Shown here: one piece after another, positions 40,299 to 48,953 of the stretch | How positions within the stretch are numbered: the first letter of the stretch is position 1 | Layout of the letters: each line of letters opens with the position of its first letter | NCBI GenBank assembly: GCA_963755915.1 | Contig: CAVWLP010000002.1 | Location: 3,360,001 to 3,424,000 of the forward strand | Direction of reading: 5' to 3' | DNA length: 64,000 nt | From: an uncultured Phycisphaerales bacterium | GTDB taxonomy: Bacteria; Planctomycetota; Phycisphaerae; Tepidisphaerales; Tepidisphaeraceae | Notes under the pieces: model-generated | What the model was told of the DNA's origin: nothing | Seen by the model: only the letters and a program-made list of their open reading frames with translations | Databases searched by the model: none | Made by a program: the position numbers and the translations under genes

Positions 40299-40321
40299 TA
40301 ACCTAGCGAAATAGTAGGTTA
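40299..40321. promoter_or_regulatory. Palindromic operator TAACCTA-N9-TAGGTTA upstream of the sulfonate ABC operon
   Basis: Perfect 7-bp arms next to a minus-strand TTGCAT-N17-TATATT promoter. Confidence 0.6.
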
Positions 40322-40426
40322 TCTTGCAACTGGCTGAATAGTTTGAAGTTATATGTTTGTTATCTTTGGGTGGACGCACGGAACGCGCACCCCTTCGGGG
40401 TTGCGGCTAAACGGGAAGAATTCAAC

Positions 40427-41715
40427 TCAATCGCGAAACCGGCGGACGATGATCGTGTCGTTTTGCCCGCCGAAGCCGAAACTGTTGGACATCGCGACGT
40501 CGACTTTTGCGGGGCGGGCTTTGCCGGGGACGTAATCCAGATCGCATTCGGGATCGGGATGCTCGAGGTTCATCGTCGGGGGGAGAACATTGTCGCGGAT
40601 TGCCAGGACGCAGCAGATCAGCTCCACCGCGCCGGCGGCGGCGATGAGGTGGCCCATCATGCTCTTGATGCTGCTGACCGGGACAGTTTCGGGCGGAATC
40701 GCCGAAGACGGCTTTGATCGCGCCGGTTTCGTTGCCGTCGTTTTCGCGGGTGCCGGTGCCGTGGGCGTTGATGTAGTCGATGTCTTTTGGCGTGAGGTGG
40801 GCGTCGGCGAGGGCTTCCTTCATGGCGGCGATGGCGCCTTCGCCTTCGGGATGCTGATCGGTGATGCGGAAGGCGTCGGCGGTGGATCCGTATCCGACGA
40901 CTTCGGCGAGAATCGGTGCGCCGCGTTTTTTGGCGTGATCGAGCGTTTCCAGAATCACCATGCCGGCGCCTTCGCCGAGGACGAATCCGCCGCGCTGGGC
41001 GTCGAAGGGGCGGCTGGCGCGCGGGGGATTTTCGTTGGCGGTTGAGAGGGCGGTGAGGCGATTGAATCCGGTTACGCCGAAGGGATGGATCATGCTGTGA
41101 GCGCCGCCGCCGATCATGACGTCGGCATCGCCGCGGCGGAGGATTTCGGTGGCTTCGCCGATGGCTTGCGTGCTGGCGGCGCAGGCGGTGAGGCAATTCA
41201 TCGCGGGGCCGCGAGCGCCGGTGAGGAGTGCCAGATGGGACAGCGGCATGTTCGGCTCCTGCTCGAGCTCGCGGACGACGTTCATGCGTTCGAAGGCGAC
41301 CTCGGCCCATTTCACGGAGTCGATGGCGGTAGTGTCGGGTTTCCAGGCGGTGAGGGCGGCGCATGTGTATGCGTCGAAATCGAGCGAGCCTTCGCCGCTG
41401 CCGAGGTAGATTCCGACGCGGTCGAGGTCGAGAGTTGCCTGGTCCAGGCGGGCTGCCTTCCAGGCCTGCTGGCAGGCGCCGAGGGCGAACTGGGTATTGC
41501 GGCCAGCGCCGGCGTGCGGGTCCGATGTCGTCGATGAAATCGGCGAGGCGATAATCCTTCACTTCGGCGGAGATGCTGGTGGGAAAGGTTCCGGCGTCGA
41601 AAATCGTGGTGCGGGAGATGCCGGATTCGCCGGCGAGCAGGCGTTTCCAGACGGCTTCGATGGAATGTCCCATCGGGGTGACCCAGCCCATTCCGGTGAT
41701 GACGACTCGGTTCAT
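40427..41715 (-). CDS. fabF: Beta-ketoacyl-ACP synthase II-like ketosynthase, catalytically complete (frameshifts at about 41510 and 40680)
   Basis: [50 protein letters not shown]. Confidence 0.9.
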
Positions 41716-41748
41716 GAGCGATTCCTTTGCTGGAGCATCATAGGCGTG

Positions 41749-43057
41749 CTACTGCTCGATCTTCCTGAAGACCAGGGCTGCGTTCTGCCCGCCGAGGCTG
41801 AAAACGCTGCTGACGCTTACGCCGATTTCTGCATCGCGCGCTGTCGCGGAAATATTCAGTTTTGCTGAATCGATTGGCTTGGTGGTGTTGACGGCGGGGG
41901 GGATTTTTTTTGCGTGCAGAGCTAAAGCGGCGGTTGCGGCTTCTACTCCGCTGCCGGCGGCGAGGCTTCCGGTTTGGGCTTTGGTCAATCCCATCGGGAC
42001 TTCGGGGAGTCGCTCGCCAAATGCGAGCTTCAAGCCGGCGAGTTCGGCGCGATCGTGCAGGGGAATTCCCAGGCCGTTGGGGATCAGCAAGTCGACCTGG
42101 TCGGCGGATAAATTTGCGTCTTTCAACGCGCCGGTGATCGCGCGGGCGTAGCTCTTGCCGGTGGGATCGGGCTCGGTGACTTTGTAGGTGTCCTGGGAGG
42201 CGGCGAAGCCGACAAGCTCGGCGTAAATGTTGCGCCGCGAGTTTTGGCGCTGTTCGAGTTCTTCCAGAATCAGCAGGCCGCCGCCTTCGGCGAGAACTGT
42301 TCCGGCGGCGTCGGAGTCGAACGGGCGGACGGCGCGTTGGGGGAGTCGTTGTTGGATTCGTTCAGGCGATGGAGCATGCCGTGGCGGAGCAAACCCATTT
42401 CGTTGACCTTGGTTTCGGCGCCGCCGCAGATGGCGAGGTCGGCCTTGCCGCGCTGGATGGTGCGGAATGCTTCGCCGATGGCGAGGTGGCTGCTGGCGTC
42501 GGCGCAGGTGATGGTGTTGCTGGGGCCTTTGAGCTGGTGAATGATCGTTACGTGGCAGGCGAGCATGTTGGGGAGATATTTGAGGAGCCAGAGCGGGGTG
42601 AGCTGGGTCATGCCGTCGCGGCCCCAGCGCTGCATGTCGAGGTGATTGGCATCATCTGTTCGCCGGGCGGTGCTCATGGCGGCGGTGAGCTCATTGAGCT
42701 CGGCATTGATGAGGCCAGCGCCGATGTTGCAGCCGAAGCGCTTGCCATCGAAGTTGGGTTTCTCGGTGTATGCGGCGGACTGGAGGCCGGCGTCTTTGAA
42801 AGCATCGTCGGCGGCGATGATGGCGAGTTCGATGTCACGGGCCATTACCTTGGTGGCCTTGCGATAGCTTCGGGGAACGAAGTCGCCGATTTTGAAGGGG
42901 GGGCTTCGCCGCCGATCTGGCAGGCAAAGCCGGAGGGGTTTAGGGAGGCGATGCGTTTGACGCTTACTTCGCCGGCGATGAGTGCCTGCCAGTGGGCTTT
43001 GCTGCCGATGCCCAGTGGGGAAATGATGCCGACGCCGGTGACGACCACTCGTCTCAT
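41749..43057 (-). CDS. Ketosynthase-like chain-length factor, catalytic residues lost (several frameshifts)
   Basis: RRVVVTGVG, WLLKYLPNM, TCADASS (Cys position is Asp), PNGLG instead of AHGTG, GSLAAGSG instead of GH, FSLGGQN. Confidence 0.82.
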
Positions 43058-43066
43058 ATTTCACTT

Positions 43067-43561
43067 CTATAACGGAATCTGGGTCGCGGATCGATAGCCC
43101 TTGAGCAAATCCTTGAACTGGTCGGTGAAAACGAAGTTGTGTTCGGGGAAGGCAGTTCCGGCCAGGTTTTTGTCGATGTGGCTGAACATGAGGTCGATTT
43201 CGGCGACGAGTGGCGCCGCGGTATCGGGGCCGGTGCGGACGAGGCCGGTGATTGAGGCGCCGGTTTCGTTCAGTTGCTCGATGCGAGCGAAATAATAAAG
43301 GGTGTCGCCGGGCCTGACGAGGCGGTGAAAGCGGGCCTTGCCGATTTTGGCGAGGATTACTTTCTCTTCGAAGTTCCGGGCTTCGCCGACCAGGATGCCG
43401 GAAGTTTGCGCCATTCCCTCGATGATGAGGGTGTTGGGCATGATCGGGAAGGCGGGATAGAGATCGTGGAGATGCTCCTCGGCGAGCGAGACGTTTTTGA
43501 TCGCGATCGCCGATTCTTTCGGCTTGAATTCGACGAACTTGTCTATCCAGATCCAGCGCAC
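43067..43561 (-). CDS. FabZ-like hot-dog dehydratase lacking the catalytic His
   Basis: WIWIDK, KNVSLAEEHLHDLYPAFPIMPNTLIIEGMAQ, FHRLVRPGD. Confidence 0.85.
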   Translation of the reverse strand: MRWIWIDKFVEFKPKESAIAIKNVSLAEEHLHDLYPAFPIMPNTLIIEGMAQTSGILVGEARNFEEKVILAKIGKARFHRLVRPGDTLYYFARIEQLNETGASITGLVRTGPDTAAPLVAEIDLMFSHIDKNLAGTAFPEHNFVFTDQFKDLLKGYRSATQIPL

Positions 43562-43576
43562 GGGAGTTAACGGCTG

Positions 43577-43999
43577 CTACCCGACCTTGGACTGCATGTA
43601 TTTGACGATGGTATCGACGGTGAGAAGCGAATCGGCCGTCTCCATCGAAGGGTTCTTTTCGAATTCGGTGAAGTCGGAGTAGGGGAGGCGCTTCTTGAGC
43701 TCGGCGAGACCTTCGGGGGTGAGCTTGCCGTCCTTTACGTTTTTTTCGTCGTTCATGATGGTGGGGAGATCGTCGGGGAAGAGTTCGCCGCGGGGGATTT
43801 TGAAGGGCTTGGCGGGGTCGGTGGTGAAGGCTTTTTCGAGGCGGAAGACGATGTCGAGAAAATCGATGCTTTCGGCGCCGAGGTCTTCGCGCAGCTTGGC
43901 GGAGGGCTTGACCTCGTCGGCGTCGACGCCGAGGGCGTCGACGAGCACGCCCTGAACCTTGGTGTAAACCTCATCCCGAGACATTGGCATAGGATCCAT
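43577..43999 (-). CDS. Acyl carrier protein with a large internal insertion (about 140 aa)
   Basis: LREDLGAESIDFLDIVFRLEKAF phosphopantetheine motif, about 50 extra residues, then TVDTIVKYM. Confidence 0.88.
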   Translation of the reverse strand: MDPMPMSRDEVYTKVQGVLVDALGVDADEVKPSAKLREDLGAESIDFLDIVFRLEKAFTTDPAKPFKIPRGELFPDDLPTIMNDEKNVKDGKLTPEGLAELKKRLPYSDFTEFEKNPSMETADSLLTVDTIVKYMQSKVG

Positions 44000-44014
44000 C
44001 CTTCCCTTGATTGA

Positions 44015-44503
44015 TTACTTTGCGATCGCGTTGCCTGATTGACTGAGAATTGCCCATCTGGATTGATTGTGCTCCGTCAGTTGGCGATCGACGCGGCCAT
44101 CGTTTTCAGACGCAAACGACCCGACGTTAAAATATGACATTTCGAGGCGGGCGGAAACGGCGACTTGTCCGTTGACGGTGCCGGAGGCTTTGAAGGTGCC
44201 GCCCTGGTCTTCGAATTTGACGGCGTCGACCTCGACGCGAAGGGCGTTTCCCGGGGCGACGAAGGTGCCGTACTTGACGTTTTTGGCTTCCTTGAGGACA
44301 GCCATGGACTTTGCGAAATTGCTGCGACGGTGGAGGAGCCAACCGGCGCCCTGCACGAGGGCTTCGAGCATGAGGACACCGGGGAGGACCGGGAAGCTGG
44401 GGAAATGGTCGCCGAGATATTCCTCGGCAAGACTGACATACTTGACGGCCACGAGGCGATTCTCGGAGACGTCCTCAATGCGGTCGATCAGGTTAAACCT
44501 CAT
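44015..44503 (-). CDS. FabZ-like 3-hydroxyacyl-ACP dehydratase
   Basis: FNLIDRI, EEYLGDHFPSFPVLPGVLMLEALVQ (His and Glu intact), FVAPG. Confidence 0.88.
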   Translation of the reverse strand: MRFNLIDRIEDVSENRLVAVKYVSLAEEYLGDHFPSFPVLPGVLMLEALVQGAGWLLHRRSNFAKSMAVLKEAKNVKYGTFVAPGNALRVEVDAVKFEDQGGTFKASGTVNGQVAVSARLEMSYFNVGSFASENDGRVDRQLTEHNQSRWAILSQSGNAIAK

Positions 44504-44658
44504 TCGTCAATCACCGTTGCTGCAAGGTTTTAGCGGTGGCTGGCGGGCATTGCAAGCGGGTGGGGCGTCTGGAGAGTGGCAAAACGGCCGGCTTAGAAGA
44601 GAGAGGAGTTATCGTCCATTGACAGGCAAGGTGCGGCGACTGACCATTTGCTTCTGAG

Positions 44659-45117
44659 ATGGTTGATTGCGCACACCCAGGGCGGGCAGGCGGCTCGCCG
44701 TTTGTTGTCGTTGCGGGCTATGGCCTGCCCGGCCGAACGCTGGTTGAGCTGCTGATTCGGTCCAAAGTTGAATATATCGTGATCGAGCTGAATCCGCAGA
44801 CTTGCGAGCGGGCATCGGCGGGGGGTGTGCATATCATTGCGGGCAGCGCCGCGGATCCGCAGGTGCTTTCGCGGGCCGAGGTGGAGCGCGCCACCCTCGT
44901 AGCCCTGATGGTCCCAAATGACGAAGTGGTGCTGGCGGCGATTCCGCAGGTGCGACGGATCAATTCGTCGGCCTATGTTATCGCCCGTTGTTCGTTCACA
45001 TCCACGGGGATTGAAGCCATCAAGCGCGGGGCCAATCAGAGCATCGTGGCGGAGCAGGTTATCGCGAAAGAGCTTGAAACTATCACGACTGAATTGCTTC
45101 ATTCATTGCGCATTTGA
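44659..45117 (+). CDS. Stand-alone TrkA-N/RCK NAD-binding domain protein
   Basis: VVVAGYGLPGR, VIELNP, IAGSAADPQVLSRA, VIAR. Confidence 0.85.
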   Translation: MVDCAHPGRAGGSPFVVVAGYGLPGRTLVELLIRSKVEYIVIELNPQTCERASAGGVHIIAGSAADPQVLSRAEVERATLVALMVPNDEVVLAAIPQVRRINSSAYVIARCSFTSTGIEAIKRGANQSIVAEQVIAKELETITTELLHSLRI

Positions 45118-45332
45118 TGAAAATCCAATCGTGTCGGGGCGTTACATCGATTTTGCAAAGTTGGGTCGTTTTAAGCGGAAACGCTTCTCGCCACACGATT
45201 AGTAGACAATTGAATTTTTTCCTGAAACAAGTTTATTTAAAGAATCCGTGCTGCCTTCACGATACAGGTCTGGAATGGATGATCTTTTTGTCGCATTAGC
45301 AAATGCCTGAGTGAAAGGGCCGATAAATTCGA

Positions 45333-45743
45333 ATGACTACGCGATCTCGCAGCATTATCGCCGTTGATGAGAACGTCCGCCTCCTCGATCAGATTGCCAC
45401 AATGCTCGATGCTTCGCATCGGGTGCTGGCAACCTCAGACCCAAACCGAGCGATATCATGGCTGAAGACCGACCTGAGTGTTTGCGCCGTGATAGCCGCT
45501 GAGAGCCTGCGTGCCCCGACGGGAATGGAGATCCTTTCGCTCGCCCGGGAACTTCGCCCCGAGGCCCGCAGAATTTTAGTGACGAACTACAGCGACCTTT
45601 CGTCGATCGTGGGAAAGGTTCATTCAGGAATCGTTCAGAGAACGATTTCGCCACCGATCGAAGCAGAAACCTTAATAAAGGTTATTGGCACAGCGCCGGC
45701 GCATTCCGTACCCCATCAGCCGGGTGCGGAAGCGGCGGCCTGA
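45333..45743 (+). CDS. Atypical single-domain response regulator receiver
   Basis: IIAVDEN...GMEIL..ARELRPEARRILVTNY fold pattern. The phosphoacceptor position reads VIAAE and KP is replaced by PP. Confidence 0.7.
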   Translation: MTTRSRSIIAVDENVRLLDQIATMLDASHRVLATSDPNRAISWLKTDLSVCAVIAAESLRAPTGMEILSLARELRPEARRILVTNYSDLSSIVGKVHSGIVQRTISPPIEAETLIKVIGTAPAHSVPHQPGAEAAA

Positions 45744-45916
45744 ATCGCCCCATTTGCCATTTTGGACCACCGGCGCGGCGGGTTTAATCGCCCCGAAACG
45801 GGTGGGACGGATATAGGCCCAATCCCACCGTTTACTCGGACCTTTGGACGTTTGAATGCCGCTGCATATTGTGGCACAATGCCCTTGTTCATACCCTTTG
45901 AACGAGGATTGTGTGA

Positions 45917-46861
45917 ATGCTCCTTCAGACCAATAGCTACATCGTCCCCCGAGATAAGCGCGCCGAGCACGCGCGGCTTCTGCGGCGTTTCCGGCAGACT
46001 CTTCTGCGGCTTGGGTGCGACCATTTCGAGGTGTACGAGCAGGTGGGTCCGAATTGGAGCTCGGCGGATTCCTCGGGCCGATTTGTGCAGATCATGCGAT
46101 TCCGCGATCGCAAGCACCAGATGGCGGTTCAGGGCGCCGAGCGGAGTGACGCGGCCGCGCAGGCGCTGCTCAAGGAATTCTGCGACCTGATCAACCTTCC
46201 CTACCAGCAGCAACAGGGACTGTTTGCAGTGGGGTATTACACGAGCTTCCTGCGAATGCCGCAGCGGTTGGAGGGGCCGGATTCATTTGCGGCGCCGGCG
46301 GAAACGTCTGTGGAATCTGCGTCTGAAGAGACGCATGGCGAGGAAACCCCCGAGGAAACGGCCGAGGAATCGGCGGCGGAAAGCATTTCCGAATCGCCGG
46401 AAACGGCCGAATCTCCCGCGGTTGAGGAAATGCCGGAGGGCGAACAATCGCCGGAAGAAACTCCTGCTGAGGCCGAGGGGTCGGAACCGATTGCCCTGCC
46501 AGATGCGTCTGACGAGACGTCAACTGAACAAGCCGCGGCGGAGGAACCTGTCGCTGACGGCGAAGCGGAGAATATCGAGACCGAATCTCAGTCCCATTCC
46601 GATTCGGAGGCGGCGACCGCTGCCGATGATTCGGAAGATTCCCTGGACCAAGACGGACTTTTCGCGTCCGATGGCAACGGCGACCCCACGGAGGCGCCGG
46701 ACCTCGCGCATCCGGTTTCCGACCCCGAGGACGAGACGGAAAGCTCGTCTTCGGGGACGGAAGCCCAATCGGATGAAACCCAGTCGGATGAAGCCCAGTC
46801 AGATGACGATGAGAGTGAGGTTTCGCCCAAGGAAAGACCCTCCACACCGTTCAGCTCGTGA
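45917..46861 (+). CDS. Hypothetical protein: ferredoxin-like/ABM-like N-terminal domain with long acidic low-complexity tail
   Basis: GAGG RBS. About 115-aa globular N-terminus, then an E/S/A/D-rich tail with three 15-bp tandem repeats at 46760-46804. Confidence 0.75.
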   Translation: MLLQTNSYIVPRDKRAEHARLLRRFRQTLLRLGCDHFEVYEQVGPNWSSADSSGRFVQIMRFRDRKHQMAVQGAERSDAAAQALLKEFCDLINLPYQQQQGLFAVGYYTSFLRMPQRLEGPDSFAAPAETSVESASEETHGEETPEETAEESAAESISESPETAESPAVEEMPEGEQSPEETPAEAEGSEPIALPDASDETSTEQAAAEEPVADGEAENIETESQSHSDSEAATAADDSEDSLDQDGLFASDGNGDPTEAPDLAHPVSDPEDETESSSSGTEAQSDETQSDEAQSDDDESEVSPKERPSTPFSS

Positions 46862-46980
46862 AGTCGGAATAAGCGGCCCGGCTTTTTGCCTGATAACTCC
46901 CAAATCCGGAATTCGGTTGCAAAGAGGCGTATGATTTAGAGCCGATCCGTGATTCGTTGGAACTTGCCGGGAGCCAGAAA

Positions 46981-47365
46981 GTGAAATCGATTTTTCGGTT
47001 GATTTGTCTTGGCGTAATGCTGAGCGGATGGATCGTCGCGGGACTGTGCCTTTACGTGGTGCGGGTTCCCGATCCGGCCAATCCGCAGCAGTCGAGCCTC
47101 ATCGTGATTCCGAAAAACCGGCTGGCGGTGACGGACACGTATGTCGATGCGCGAAGCTGGACGATGACCGATGTGGCTTCGCATCCGCTGGTGGTGCTGC
47201 GTCTTTTGCGCGGGGAAGGCGGACGATCTGAAATTCCTGGCCGATCCGAAAAGCAAGAAGGATGTCGAAGGCCAGTTGCTGGACGTTTTATCGAATCTGC
47301 CTGCGCCGACCACGACGACGTCTTCCATTTTATCAACGCTTCGCTGGGCGGGCATCTGGCAGTAA
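46981..47365 (+). CDS. Hypothetical membrane-anchored protein (frameshift at about 47215)
   Basis: Hydrophobic N-terminus, [20 protein letters not shown], continuing [12 protein letters not shown] in the next frame. Confidence 0.6.
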
Positions 47366-47375
47366 CATCGGGGCG

Positions 47376-48863
47376 ATGAACGCCCAAGTGATTCTCCACG
47401 CCGATCGTCCCGGACCGATCATCAATCCAAATATTTATGGGCAGTTTGCCGAGCACCTTGGGCGGTGCATCTATGAGGGGATCTGGGTTGGGGAGGATTC
47501 TGCGATTCCCAACACGTACGGGCTGCGCAATGACGTTGTGGCGGCGCTGAAGAATCTGCAGGTGCCGGTGGTGAGGTGGCCGGGGGGGTGCTTTGCGGAT
47601 GAATATCATTGGCGCGATGGGATTGGGTCGCGAGATCGGCGCCCGAGGCGGATCAATACGCACTGGGGGGCAGTTGTCGAAAACAATCACTTTGGGACGC
47701 ACGAGTTTCTGGATTTCTGCGAGCTGATCGGGACACAGCCTTACGTTTGCGGGAACGTGGGGAGCGGGACGCCGCAGGAGATGATGGAATGGGTGGAGTA
47801 CATGACGTCGGATTCGGATTCGACGCTGGCCGACGAGAGGCGAAAAAACGGACGGGAGAAGCCATGGAATGTGCCCTGGTTTGGGGTCGGAAATGAAAGC
47901 TGGGGGTGCGGGGGGAACATGCGGCCGGAGTTTTACGCGGACAAATACCGGCAATATCGCACGTTCTTGAAAAACTATTCGGGTAACCGCGTGCGGGCGA
48001 TCGCCTGCGGATCGAACGGGACGGATTTCAACTGGACGGACGTGCTGATGCGCGAGGCGTCGCGGCTGATGCATGGACTTTCGATGCACTGGTATGCGCT
48101 GCCGACCAACAACTGGGCGAAGAAAGGCTCGGCGACTGAGTTCGGCGAAGATCAGTACCATTCGCTGCTGCGGCAGACGCTGGAGATGGAGACGCTGATC
48201 TCGAAGCATAGCCAGATCATGGACAAGCACGACCCGGAGAAACGGATCGGGCTGATCGTGGATGAATGGGGGACGTGGTATGACCCGGAGCCGGGGACAA
48301 ATCCGGGGTTTCTTTATCAGCAGAATACTTTGCGCAATGCGCTGGCCGCGGCGGTGAACTTTCATATTTTCCATGCGCATTGCGATCGGGTGACGATGGC
48401 CAACATCGCGCAGATGATCAATGTGCTGCAGGCGATGATTCTGACGGAGGGGGAGAGGATGGTGCTGACGCCGACGTATCACGTGTTTGAGATGTATAAG
48501 GTGCACCAAGGGGGGGCGAGCATTCCGATTGAGATCGAGTCGCCGCAATACAAATTTGCCGAGCACGCGATTTCGGCTTTGATCGCGACGGCTTCGCGTG
48601 ATCCTGCGGGGAAGATTCACCTGTCTGTTGCGAATCTGGATCTGCACAATTCGATTGCGCTGACGAGTGGGTTTTCGGGAACGTCGCCCAAATCGGCGGC
48701 GGCGCGAATTCTGACTGCGCCGGCGATCAACACCCACAACACATTCGCGAATCCCACGGCCGTGAAACCTGGCGGGTTTTCGGGAATCGCCGTAAAAAAT
48801 GGCGAAGTGCACGCGGAATTGCCCGCGAAGTCAGTGGTGGTGATGGAAATCCGAATGGAATAA
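47376..48863 (+). CDS. abfA: Alpha-L-arabinofuranosidase GH51
   Basis: [67 protein letters not shown]. Confidence 0.95.
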   Translation: MNAQVILHADRPGPIINPNIYGQFAEHLGRCIYEGIWVGEDSAIPNTYGLRNDVVAALKNLQVPVVRWPGGCFADEYHWRDGIGSRDRRPRRINTHWGAVVENNHFGTHEFLDFCELIGTQPYVCGNVGSGTPQEMMEWVEYMTSDSDSTLADERRKNGREKPWNVPWFGVGNESWGCGGNMRPEFYADKYRQYRTFLKNYSGNRVRAIACGSNGTDFNWTDVLMREASRLMHGLSMHWYALPTNNWAKKGSATEFGEDQYHSLLRQTLEMETLISKHSQIMDKHDPEKRIGLIVDEWGTWYDPEPGTNPGFLYQQNTLRNALAAAVNFHIFHAHCDRVTMANIAQMINVLQAMILTEGERMVLTPTYHVFEMYKVHQGGASIPIEIESPQYKFAEHAISALIATASRDPAGKIHLSVANLDLHNSIALTSGFSGTSPKSAAARILTAPAINTHNTFANPTAVKPGGFSGIAVKNGEVHAELPAKSVVVMEIRME

Positions 48864-48870
48864 AATAGGG

Positions 48871-48940
48871 CTCACGCAGAGGCGCGAAGGCGCAGAGAAG
48901 TCAAATCCAAAACTCTGCGCCTCTGCGCCTTTGCGTTAGA
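48871..48940. repeat. Family B inverted repeat (ACGCAGAGGCGC..AGGCGCAGAG / CTCTGCGCCTCTGCGCCTTTGCGT)
   Basis: Long intergenic hairpin, related to the outer arms at 26208-26390. Confidence 0.8.
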
Positions 48941-48953
48941 TTGATTTTTCGAA

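Noticed and set aside
40427-44503. Ladderane biosynthesis assignment
   Set aside because: No radical SAM or desaturase-like genes are adjacent and there are no anammox markers in the window. Only architectural similarity is claimed.
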